Origin: Anaerolineae bacterium
Lineage (GTDB): Bacteria > Chloroflexota > Anaerolineae > UBA1429
Direction: 5' to 3'
NCBI GenBank assembly: GCA_963675785.1
Contig: OY776562.1
Span: forward strand, 768,001-832,000
Length of the DNA stretch: 64,000 nt
Shown: positions 30,658-38,843 of the stretch, piece by piece
Position numbering within the stretch: the first letter of the stretch is position 1
Layout: each line of letters opens with the position of its first letter
Program-made: the position numbers and the translations under genes
Notes under the pieces: generated by a model
Database searches by the model: none
What the model saw: the letters and a program-made list of their open reading frames with translations, nothing else
Told to the model about the DNA's origin: nothing

Positions 30658-32394
30658 TTAACGGCGCCACATAGAGCGTAGGCTGTGTACGGCCAGCTTG
30701 GGCTTGCGGTCGCGTGTAAACAGGCCGCGATAGTCAGTGCTGGCTGGGCTGGTGATGGACTGTGTGGCTTTGTAATCACACAATGCGCCGGTGATCTGCC
30801 CCACCACGAATTCCTTGCCCTGCATAATCTTGATGGCCCCGGCCAGTTCCTCGGCCTGGTACTCTTCCGAGAACATCTCCGAGGGCATGGCGTGGTTGCC
30901 GGGAATTGCCGGGCAGGCGAACTGGGTCACGATGATCGGCTTGGCGAATTTCTCATAGAGAGCATCCAGACCGGTGGCGAACTCGGTCAATCCATCCTTG
31001 AGCTGTCCCGGATGTGTATCCCAGCCAGGACGATAGTTCAGGCAGACCACGTCCAGGTCAGAAAAGGCTGTTTCCAGCAGTCCAGTTTCGCTAATAGTGG
31101 TCAGCAGTCGACTGTCGTCCACGCTGCGTAGGTCATCAGCAAACCTTTTCTGTGCCACCCTGGCTGCGCCGCGCCGCGAGAATCCTTCCGTCACCAGCGA
31201 ATACATGATCACGCTGGGGTGGTTGCGGTGGGCTGTGCCAAACTCTTTGATAACCTCGCGGGCGCGCAAATAACGCTTTTCCAACCCTGGGCCGCCATAA
31301 GCAAAGCCCGCCAACGGCGATTCATCGATCACCACAAAGCCAAGGCGGTCGGCCATATCCAGCAGTGTTTCTGAAGCGGGTAGTCCATAACTGCGGATGC
31401 AGTTGGCACCCATCCAGCGCATCACCGAGAAATCGCGAACCAGGGCCGCATCGAGCGGGCCGCGACCAACGGCAGCGAAATCAGCGGGCAAACCAAAGCC
31501 CTTGATGCTGAGGGGCTCGCCGTTCAACAGAACCTGGTCACCCTCGACCTTGATGCTGCGAACGCCTATGGGCAGAGTGTACTTGTCAAAAATACCCAGG
31601 CCGGTGCGCAACTCAATGGTGAGCTCGTACAAATTGGGCGCTTGGGGGCTCCACAAAGTAGCATGTGGTACACGCAGGGCCAATTTGCCCTCCTGGCCCA
31701 CACCCTCGGCCTCGGCGCTGTACTCGGCGCCAAAACCATTGAGAATGATGCGCACTTCAGCAGCACTGGCGGCGTCACGTGTAACGCTAACTTCGATAAT
31801 ACCATCGGCGCCCATAATATCCGTGCGTACAAAGACGTCCTTCAAGGCGCCGTTGGGCCGCGTATAGATGAATACCGGCTGATCAATGCCGCAGTAGGGG
31901 TAGGTATTAAAGTTGCTATCCGGATAGCTGGGATGAGCATAGGTATCGTCGGGATGGTATGTAACCTTTCCAGGCGGCACGCGATACTCAGAAAGGGTCG
32001 CATCCACGCGAACGACGAGTTTGTTCTCGCCTCGCTTGATAAAAGAGGTCGCATCAAACTCGAATGGCAAACCGGGGCCCTCGTGCTCGCCCAGCTTGCT
32101 GCCGTTCAACCACGCCTCAGCCAGATAATTGGCAGAGCCAAAGCGCACCAGAACGCGTTGTTGCTCCCAGCTCCAGGGAAGGCAAAAGGAAGTTTGATAC
32201 CAGCCATCTCCGAAAAAATCTTGAGCATCTTCGAACTGTTCATTCCAACTGGCGGGCACGGCGATGGGGCGTCCGCCTTCGAACCCGTTGGCCCAACCTT
32301 CGTTTACTCCGGTTTGGGACGGGTCCATACGAAACTCCCAGATTCCATTCAGCTCTCTCGCCTGGCGATATTCGTTGCTTTTGGGGTACAGCAT
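30658..32394 (-). CDS. GH2 beta-glucuronidase-like protein with degenerate active site
   Basis: GH2 layout (LNGIWEF, VPASWNE, LWSP...LY, GLFTRDRKPK), but the nucleophile motif reads VTQF. Confidence 0.85.
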   Translation of the reverse strand: MLYPKSNEYRQARELNGIWEFRMDPSQTGVNEGWANGFEGGRPIAVPASWNEQFEDAQDFFGDGWYQTSFCLPWSWEQQRVLVRFGSANYLAEAWLNGSKLGEHEGPGLPFEFDATSFIKRGENKLVVRVDATLSEYRVPPGKVTYHPDDTYAHPSYPDSNFNTYPYCGIDQPVFIYTRPNGALKDVFVRTDIMGADGIIEVSVTRDAASAAEVRIILNGFGAEYSAEAEGVGQEGKLALRVPHATLWSPQAPNLYELTIELRTGLGIFDKYTLPIGVRSIKVEGDQVLLNGEPLSIKGFGLPADFAAVGRGPLDAALVRDFSVMRWMGANCIRSYGLPASETLLDMADRLGFVVIDESPLAGFAYGGPGLEKRYLRAREVIKEFGTAHRNHPSVIMYSLVTEGFSRRGAARVAQKRFADDLRSVDDSRLLTTISETGLLETAFSDLDVVCLNYRPGWDTHPGQLKDGLTEFATGLDALYEKFAKPIIVTQFACPAIPGNHAMPSEMFSEEYQAEELAGAIKIMQGKEFVVGQITGALCDYKATQSITSPASTDYRGLFTRDRKPKLAVHSLRSMWRR

Positions 32395-32496
32395 CGTACG
32401 CTACTCCATTCCAGATGTGATCTGCCGAATCAGAAAAGTATAGCAACCAAAAGACTACTCACCTTGTCCGACATCGTCAAGTTGGGCAGGTTCTAC

Positions 32497-32630
32497 TTAG
32501 GCCGTTCTAGTTACCTTGGGCGCTGTTATCGGCAATTCGGTGATTCTCAAGTTGGTGCAAGTAGCTTTATTCGCTCCTTACCGTTGCGGTCGAAATCAAT
32601 TCTTCTAGCGGTATAGCCGCAACGACATCG
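32497..32630 (-). pseudogene. C-terminal remnant of a GH127/DUF1680-like glycoside hydrolase gene
   Basis: Minus strand encodes PLEEL and then, after a frame change, CTNLRITELP...TAA (32559-32497). This resembles the family C-terminal EE-LIPYGCTxLRITEFP motif. Confidence 0.65.
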
Positions 32631-33333
32631 ACATGGAGATAGTAATGACCTTCTGGCAAATCACTGGCTGATAAGATAGCAGTGCCGCTACAGGTTCCCC
32701 AAGCGTCAACCGAAAGTAAACAGCCATTACAACTAGTATCCCAAATACGTGCACCATTGGTACAATTGCCACTATTGTAACAGTCACAGTTATCTGTCTG
32801 ACCAGTAAGTTGTGCTCCTGCATACACATTGTCACTGACTATTTCACAGCAAGTTTTACACCAGCCACCAGTAGTACAGCCACCGGTGTCACAAATACCG
32901 GCGTAAACTTTTTCTGAACCAGTTCCAATGCAGCGGTCAGCGGCGGAACAATTCTGATATTGCCATGCCCAAGAACAATCTATTTTTTGATCGACATAGT
33001 TAATGCTTCTTAACGCACATTGGGCGTTATAAGCGTAATCCCAAGTTTGGAAAGTATGGCTGCTGCTAACTGGCCAAGAACTAGTATTATTAGTGGTGCA
33101 GCAAATGTTTTCTGGTTGCTGAGGAGGCTCACAGAGTTCACTATAACAAACATCCCCTTCTCCACAATCAGCAATAAAATCATCCCAACTACAATCAGTA
33201 TAGTCTTCTGGAGATGAACAAATTCCATCGCCACAAGGACTTTGGGCAAAAGTAGGTTTGGTTTTAACAATTAAACTCATTCCAATAATGAGTGAAATAA
33301 GGCAGATAATTTTTTTTGTTTAGAAATTGGCAT
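32567..33333 (-). pseudogene. Cys-rich secreted protein, frameshifted in its signal peptide and truncated at the 3' end
   Basis: ATG 33333 abuts the upstream TAA. One extra A in the A8 tract would give MPISKQKKIICLISLIIGMSLIVKTKPTFAQ, in frame with ORF 32567..33280 (CGDGIC motif, many Cys). The last ~20 aa run into the GH127-like remnant. Confidence 0.65.
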
Positions 33334-33804
33334 TTAGTTAAAGTCGCTCGGTTTTAGTTCGATAATATTTCCATTTTGGCTGACAGTGATTAATAAATTA
33401 ACTCCATAATCATTAATATCACCACTTTGGGTAGTGGCCATCGTTTCGCTTTGATCAAAATTAGATTTAATCTCTAGAGAATCATTAATCCTAATGTAAT
33501 TAGCTACATATTCATTGTTTAAAGAATTTAACTCTATTCCAGCGTAGTGATCCCAACCAGTTTCAGTTTTATAGTTACTGCCAAAACTACTAGCTTGGCC
33601 AGCAAAAATAGCAATAATAGGTGTGCCCTCAGGAAGTTGGTAGCCAATGCCCAGATAATTGCCTTTTGAGGTGATAATCTTGCCTGAATCACAGTATTCT
33701 GCCGGCACAGGGCAAACAAAGTTATAAGTAAAATGATTCTCAATAGAAGAATAGCGATAAATTAAGTATGAGCTAGTTAATAGTAGTAATAAAACAATAA
33801 ACAC
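33334..33804 (-). CDS. Membrane-anchored hypothetical protein with a degenerate M23-peptidase-like motif
   Basis: N-terminal TM helix, CPVPAEYC, GIGYQLPEGTPIIAIFAG; start uncertain. Confidence 0.65.
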   Translation of the reverse strand: MFIVLLLLLTSSYLIYRYSSIENHFTYNFVCPVPAEYCDSGKIITSKGNYLGIGYQLPEGTPIIAIFAGQASSFGSNYKTETGWDHYAGIELNSLNNEYVANYIRINDSLEIKSNFDQSETMATTQSGDINDYGVNLLITVSQNGNIIELKPSDFN

Positions 33805-33879
33805 TACACTAATTATTAAATATCGTTTTTTTATCTAGATTCAGTGTAGAAAAAAACCTTTAAGTGATCAATAGGTTAA

Positions 33880-34830
33880 TTATTTATTTAAAGTAAAGAT
33901 AAAAGAGTTATCTATGGTTAAAAATTTTGATAAACCTATATTAAGTACACTAGTTATAGTATTACTTGCTCCAGAAATACCAATTTGGCAATTATCGATA
34001 CTTGATAACTGTGACTCTCCAATATTATAAAATAGTCTTTCATTAAATCCAACAACTTGACCAGAATTACTAATATCAACGGTCTCAGCGTAAGGAAAAG
34101 AAAAATTCACCGCATAATTTAAATCTCTTTGTGAATCTAAGAGTAAGTCATCTGGGACATCAATGCTTATATGAAGTTTATCTGATGATTTAGAAAAATA
34201 AGTTGCTAATGTATTTTCTAAAAATGGTGACCTAAAATTTATATTAGCATTGAGACCATTAATTGCTACACTAGCTACAGATCCAAGAGGATAAGTTTTA
34301 TTAACTTGTCTGATACTTATTTTTTCTCCCTGCGGATCAAAACTAAACGCCATTTGCCAGTTACCATTTTGAATATTTTCTTCTGTATTGGCTTGAGTTA
34401 ATAAATTTTTCACTACTTGTGGATCTAACACTAATCCTTTATTAGAATAAGTTTCTGCGTCACTTTCTAAGTTGAGTTCAAATAAATATCCAGCATACTC
34501 CCCTGCTTCTAATCCATACGGATTGTCTGCTTCGGCCTGATAAACCAACCTATCCTTTTCCCACGCAGGCTTTAGCCCCTCAATTTGGGGTGGTGCTGGT
34601 GTGGGCGTTAGCGTCGGGGTATTCGTCGCAGTCGCCGTAGGCGTAGCCGTCAAAGTGGGCGTTGTAGTCGATGTAGGTGTCAGGGTAGGCGTTGCGGTTA
34701 GGGTAGGCAAAGGCGTAACAGTCGGTTCAGGCGTAGGCGTAGCGCGGCAAGCGCTCAGCAGAGCACCCGCGCCAAACGCCAGACTGCTACGTAAAAAATG
34801 TCGTCTATCTATTCGCCCTTTTTTGCCCAT
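33880..34830 (-). CDS. Tat-exported lipoprotein with Pro/Thr linker
   Basis: Twin-arginine DRRHFL, lipobox LLSAC, ~50-aa TP-rich linker, AT-rich C-terminal domain. Confidence 0.8.
   Translation of the reverse strand: MGKKGRIDRRHFLRSSLAFGAGALLSACRATPTPEPTVTPLPTLTATPTLTPTSTTTPTLTATPTATATNTPTLTPTPAPPQIEGLKPAWEKDRLVYQAEADNPYGLEAGEYAGYLFELNLESDAETYSNKGLVLDPQVVKNLLTQANTEENIQNGNWQMAFSFDPQGEKISIRQVNKTYPLGSVASVAINGLNANINFRSPFLENTLATYFSKSSDKLHISIDVPDDLLLDSQRDLNYAVNFSFPYAETVDISNSGQVVGFNERLFYNIGESQLSSIDNCQIGISGASNTITSVLNIGLSKFLTIDNSFIFTLNK
34590..34742 (-). repeat. Low-complexity Thr/Pro-coding repeat (linker)
   Basis: Repeated ACN-CCN codons encoding TPTPEPTVTPLPTLTATPTLTPT... Confidence 0.75.
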
Positions 34831-34965
34831 AAGAAACTCTTTCCCTCTTTTGTATCGCTTGATTAGATTTTAGTCTATTACCTCTCATTGTCCACTTTGC
34901 TGGGGAGTGAATGCTCCCTACATAACACACAACCTCCGCAGGAGGTCTATCCTGGACCGGAGATG

Positions 34966-35178
34966 TCAGCGCATAAAGCGGACCATCGCCGGGACGACGC
35001 GTTCGTTCCCCGCGGTCTCTTGGTATTGGCTGAGAGCCTTGAGCGTTACAAACACCGGCCAGGGATTGTGGGCCTAATAGCGGTCGTAACGCTCGTCCTG
35101 CACCGGGCGTAGCCATCCTTCGGGACGTACTACACCCGGTGCGAGTGGAATGAACTTTAGCGGAGATAAGCTTGCCAA
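34966..35178 (-). pseudogene. N-terminal remnant of a GH127/DUF1680-like glycoside hydrolase gene
   Basis: AGGAGG RBS (35185-35190) and TTG 35178; reads LASLSPLKFIPLAPGVVRPEGWLR-PVQDERYDRY*AHNPWPVFVTLKALSQYQETAGNERVVPAMVRFMR*. Shows family motifs PLxxGxVxPxGWL and WPxxVxLKxLxQYxExxGxERV, with two stops. Confidence 0.75.
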
Positions 35179-35336
35179 GGATAACCTCCTGTTTGTCGTC
35201 ACTCATGCGGTCAGTATACCGCACATCATGGCGGAATCACGCCGGAACGATTGTCACCTCTCGTGCGTTTTCCCAACTGGACAGATGCCAGCAATGGGGT
35301 AAGCTTGTCGAGCTTATTTTTTCAGGAGGATAGAAA

Positions 35337-36224
35337 TTGCACGAGATTCTTGATTGCACGGGCACTTGGTACAAGGGAAACCTGCATACACATACCCATC
35401 TCTCGGACGGAAAACTAGCGCCCAGTGATGCTATTGCGGTTTACCGAGATGCTGGGTACGATTTCATCGCTTTGACGGATCATTGGGTGCAAAGCGCTAA
35501 TGGGTACGAAAGCGGTTTACTGACTCTCTCGGGCTGTGAGTTTGATATGGGCAACATGATCGACAGCCCTATATTTCACATCGTCGGCATTGGCATGGAT
35601 TCGCCTGTAGCGCTGGAACGCGCTCAGCCCGATTCTCCCCAACAGATCATCGACGCCATCAAAGCCGCCGGAGGATTGGCAATCCTAGCCCACCCGGCTT
35701 GGTCGGTGACCGTTCCTGCCGATTGTATGGCTTGGGAGGGACTGAACGGCATCGAGATTTACAATACCGTATCGGGGATGCCTTGGAATTCGCGTGCTGA
35801 TTCCAGTGTCTATGTCGATATTTGGGCGACACAGGGCAAATTATTCCCCTGCATTGCGGCGGACGATTGCCACTATTATGCGGGCGACGAGACGCGCTCG
35901 TTCATCATGGTGAATGCGCCCCGACTAGAGTGTGGCGCTATCAAAAAAGCCATAGCCAACGGTAATTTCTATGCGAGCCAGGGGCCGCGTTTTGAGTCGA
36001 TCGCTTGTGATGAGTCACGAATCGAAATCGTTTGCTCAGAGGTTGAGACCATCATCTTTTACAGCAATACGGTCTGGTGTGGTGATCGGGTGGCTATGGG
36101 ACAGTTGACCGGTGCGTCGTACGAGATCAAGCCGACCGACACCTATGTGCGCGTCGAGTTGATCGATCATCAGGGCGATCACGCCTGGTCTTCACCCTTT
36201 GCAGTAGGAGGGGCACCTAAATAG
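35337..36224 (+). CDS. PHP domain metallohydrolase (CehA/McbA-like)
   Basis: KGNLHTHTHLSDG, ALTDH, LAHP, DDCH, YASQGP; AGGAGG RBS with TTG start. Confidence 0.88.
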   Translation: MHEILDCTGTWYKGNLHTHTHLSDGKLAPSDAIAVYRDAGYDFIALTDHWVQSANGYESGLLTLSGCEFDMGNMIDSPIFHIVGIGMDSPVALERAQPDSPQQIIDAIKAAGGLAILAHPAWSVTVPADCMAWEGLNGIEIYNTVSGMPWNSRADSSVYVDIWATQGKLFPCIAADDCHYYAGDETRSFIMVNAPRLECGAIKKAIANGNFYASQGPRFESIACDESRIEIVCSEVETIIFYSNTVWCGDRVAMGQLTGASYEIKPTDTYVRVELIDHQGDHAWSSPFAVGGAPK

Positions 36225-36234
36225 GGCCCCTCCT
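36206..36234. terminator. Hairpin between convergent genes
   Basis: AGGAGGGGC/GCCCCTCCT stem. Confidence 0.6.
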
Positions 36235-36240
36235 TATTGA

Positions 36241-37347
36241 TCAATCCAGACGTTTCAGCCAGTCTACGTGGTTTACGCCGCCCAAACCGTTGACGGGATT
36301 GGCGCGCCACAACTTGCCCACAATATCCAGTTTGCCGCGGCCATAGTCCGCCACGGCAGCACAATGGGTCCCCATGTTCTTGTCCAGGATGCAGTGCGGT
36401 TCCCAAGTGCCCTCAGCGTTGCGATCCAGCAACCACCAGCGTGGTTTGGCCTCGATGCCGTCTGTCTTGCCATTCTCCATCTCGCCGTAGAAAATCTCGA
36501 TCTCGCCATCTTCATCGAGATCGGCCAATTGCAAGCTGTGTAACGCTCGCAGATCGAGGTGGCGTCCCAGAAGGACCTCTGTCTTCCAGGGGTGATCGGC
36601 GTCTACATAGGTGAGAATAGCCAAACGTGCTGGCCCAATCTCTGATTCGGTAATGACCACTTGCGGCTTGTTATTGAGCGTTGTGGTATAAACCAAACGC
36701 GTCTCGGGGTGCCAGTTCAGCGAAGAGTCTATCACGGGGTGTTGTACCCATTCTGAGCCATCGCCTTGTACATTCTCGAACCAGCCGCCGCTGGTGATGA
36801 TATCCAAGGCGCCGTTGCCGGTCAGGTCTCCCGTGTCGCTGCCATCACCCTCTACCATTTCGGCAATCAACTGCCGTTCCCAGGGTTCGTTGGGATCAAC
36901 GGGCACGTGGTAAATGGCCAAGACCCCATCCTTTTCCCGAGAGATGATCTCATCGCGGCTGTTTCCGGTCAGGTCAGCAGCCAACATGTCGTGGGGATTC
37001 TCCAACCCACCGCCTACGATGTGATCGCTCCACCCATCGAGGCCTTGCGCCGGCGGGGTCAACCAGTGCAAGTGTTCTCCCCACTCTCCACAAACGATCT
37101 CTAGCCTGCCGTCACCATCCAAATCGCTGAATGCTGCGCCAACATTGGGCTCGAATTCTTTGGTGATGGTATGGCGCTGCCATACGCCATTCTTTTGCAG
37201 GTCATACAGGTAATAAAAGCCACCACCTTTGCCGCCAGTGGCGAATTCTGCTGCGCCATCTCCGTCCAGATCAGCGGCAATAACAGCTCCCCAGCCATCA
37301 TACCCCGCGTCTTGATCGATAATGTGATGCTCATACTTGTGTTCCAC
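36241..37347 (-). CDS. FG-GAP/VCBS repeat beta-propeller protein
   Basis: Repeated DxDGDG-type motifs (ADLDGDG, SDLDGDG, DLTGNG, ADLDEDG). Confidence 0.85.
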   Translation of the reverse strand: MEHKYEHHIIDQDAGYDGWGAVIAADLDGDGAAEFATGGKGGGFYYLYDLQKNGVWQRHTITKEFEPNVGAAFSDLDGDGRLEIVCGEWGEHLHWLTPPAQGLDGWSDHIVGGGLENPHDMLAADLTGNSRDEIISREKDGVLAIYHVPVDPNEPWERQLIAEMVEGDGSDTGDLTGNGALDIITSGGWFENVQGDGSEWVQHPVIDSSLNWHPETRLVYTTTLNNKPQVVITESEIGPARLAILTYVDADHPWKTEVLLGRHLDLRALHSLQLADLDEDGEIEIFYGEMENGKTDGIEAKPRWWLLDRNAEGTWEPHCILDKNMGTHCAAVADYGRGKLDIVGKLWRANPVNGLGGVNHVDWLKRLD

Positions 37348-37538
37348 AGGCTATTCCTCAGATTTTTGGGCAGCTTGTACCTCTGCTAATTCGATATGAG
37401 CCGATGTGGTTGAATCGATGCTTCTCAAGATCACCAACTAAGGCTAATCGTCCTGACAACTTGTGTCAAAGCGCAGGTTTGCCCTAGAGGTTTTGCTGTG
37501 TAGAATAAGAGTCACATCACTTACAGGAATGGAATACA

Positions 37539-38843
37539 ATGATAAAAAACCCAGAGTATTTGCTGCAAGCGGCTTGTCCGCGACTACTGGTTTTGACGGA
37601 TATTAGTACCATGGCCGCTGGTCACGGCGAGCCTGATGATACCGAATCCATGGTTCGCCTCATGCTCTACAGCAACGATTTTGACATTCAGGGCCTCATT
37701 GCCAGCAGCAACATGCAGCACGGCCGAGCCTGCCACCCTGATTATATTGAAAATGTTGTTCGTGCTTACGGTCGGGTCCAAAAGCAGCTGGCCAAACATG
37801 ACGCGCGTTATCCGCAGATGAAAGAATTGCTCTCGGTCATCAAGGCGGGCAATCCTATTGCCGGGCTTGAGAGTGTTGGCCCAGGGAAAGATACCGATGC
37901 CTCACGCTGGATTATCACCGTGGGAGATGATCCAGATCCCCGCCCATTGTGGATTACCGTGTGGGGCGGAACGACTGATTTGGCCCAGGCTCTGTGGCGG
38001 ATACGTGAAGAACGCGGTGAAGAGGGGGCTTGCCAGTTTGTGCGCCATCTCCGCGTACATGCTATCGGCGACCAGGATGACACCGGCCCTTGGATTCGTG
38101 AGCAGTTTCCCGATCTATTCTACATCACCAACTACAAAGCCTTTCGCGGCATGTATCGTACCGGCGACGAGTCTCTCTGCAGCAGCGATTGGGTGGAAGA
38201 GAATGTTCGCCAGGGGCACGGACCTTTGGGCGCAATCTATCCCAATTACGCTGGCGGAGACCCTTGGGGCAAAGTGAACGGCGTCAAAGAGGGGGATACG
38301 CCTTCTTACCTCTACTTACTGCCCGTTGGGCTCAGTAACCCGGAAGAACCGAGTTGGGGAAACTGGGGTGGTCGTTATCAAAAGGTCGAGGATAAGCATT
38401 ACAGTGATGTTTGCGATACCGTTGGCGAAGAGACTGGTGCGGCCGTGACAGTTGGTCGTTGGAGGCCGGCTTTTCAGAATGACATGGCCGCCCGTATGGA
38501 TTGGTGTGTTCAGGAACCTGAAGCCTGCAACCATCCTCCTGTCGTTATTGTGGATGGGCCTCATGAGCGCAGCCTTATTCTGGGCGACGAGCTACTACTA
38601 GATGCCAGTCGCTCTTACGACCCCGATGGCCGTGCCCTCTCTTTTCACTGGTGGATTTATCCCGAAGCTGGCGACCCGGGTCTAGCGATTGAACTCGACA
38701 ACGCCGACCAGCCTACGGTACGGGTAAAAACGCCGAAAGAGGGCCAGCAGACTCGGCTGCATCTCATCGTCAGTGTCACCGATTCTGGCACACCAGCGTT
38801 GACACGCTATGAGCGCCTGGTTCTGCGCGTCTATACCGATTGA
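37539..38843 (+). CDS. DUF1593 nucleoside-hydrolase-like protein with C-terminal REJ/PKD-like domain
   Basis: LTDI, EPDDTESMVRLMLYSN, WGG, EGDTPS, WGGRY, ARMDW, LDASRSYDPDG. Confidence 0.85.
   Translation: MIKNPEYLLQAACPRLLVLTDISTMAAGHGEPDDTESMVRLMLYSNDFDIQGLIASSNMQHGRACHPDYIENVVRAYGRVQKQLAKHDARYPQMKELLSVIKAGNPIAGLESVGPGKDTDASRWIITVGDDPDPRPLWITVWGGTTDLAQALWRIREERGEEGACQFVRHLRVHAIGDQDDTGPWIREQFPDLFYITNYKAFRGMYRTGDESLCSSDWVEENVRQGHGPLGAIYPNYAGGDPWGKVNGVKEGDTPSYLYLLPVGLSNPEEPSWGNWGGRYQKVEDKHYSDVCDTVGEETGAAVTVGRWRPAFQNDMAARMDWCVQEPEACNHPPVVIVDGPHERSLILGDELLLDASRSYDPDGRALSFHWWIYPEAGDPGLAIELDNADQPTVRVKTPKEGQQTRLHLIVSVTDSGTPALTRYERLVLRVYTD

Larger units (their letters stand above)
32630..34965. mobile_element. 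AT-rich horizontally acquired island with no mobility gene
   Basis: Abrupt drop in GC (about 30% by eye versus about 55-60% in the flanks), A/T-ending codons, and two halves of one broken host gene as boundaries. Confidence 0.8.

Noticed and set aside
32582-32623. Inverted repeat CGTTGCGG...CCGCAACG at the island's left edge as an integron attC site
   Set aside because: The GTT/AAC order is opposite to attC, there is a single copy, and no integrase is present.
34590-34742. Repetitive stretch as a CRISPR or guide-RNA array
   Set aside because: It is an in-frame Thr/Pro coding linker without a repeat-spacer pattern; no cas genes.
34805-35224. 139-aa minus-strand ORF and overlapping 74-aa plus-strand ORF in the track
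   Set aside because: Alternative frames over the pseudogene; no RBS or recognisable motif.
34887-35225. Run of hairpins (GCACCGGG/CCCGGTGC with a UUCG loop, GAGCGTTAC/GTAACGCTC and others) resembling a structured ncRNA, bridge RNA, retron or group II intron fragment
   Set aside because: Most of it (34966-35178) translates as a recognisable GH127-like pseudogene with its own RBS. G-U pairs do not agree on one strand, and there is no domain V, RT or recombinase. Only the two small hairpins at 34902-34947 remain unexplained; an Rfam/covariation search would settle it.
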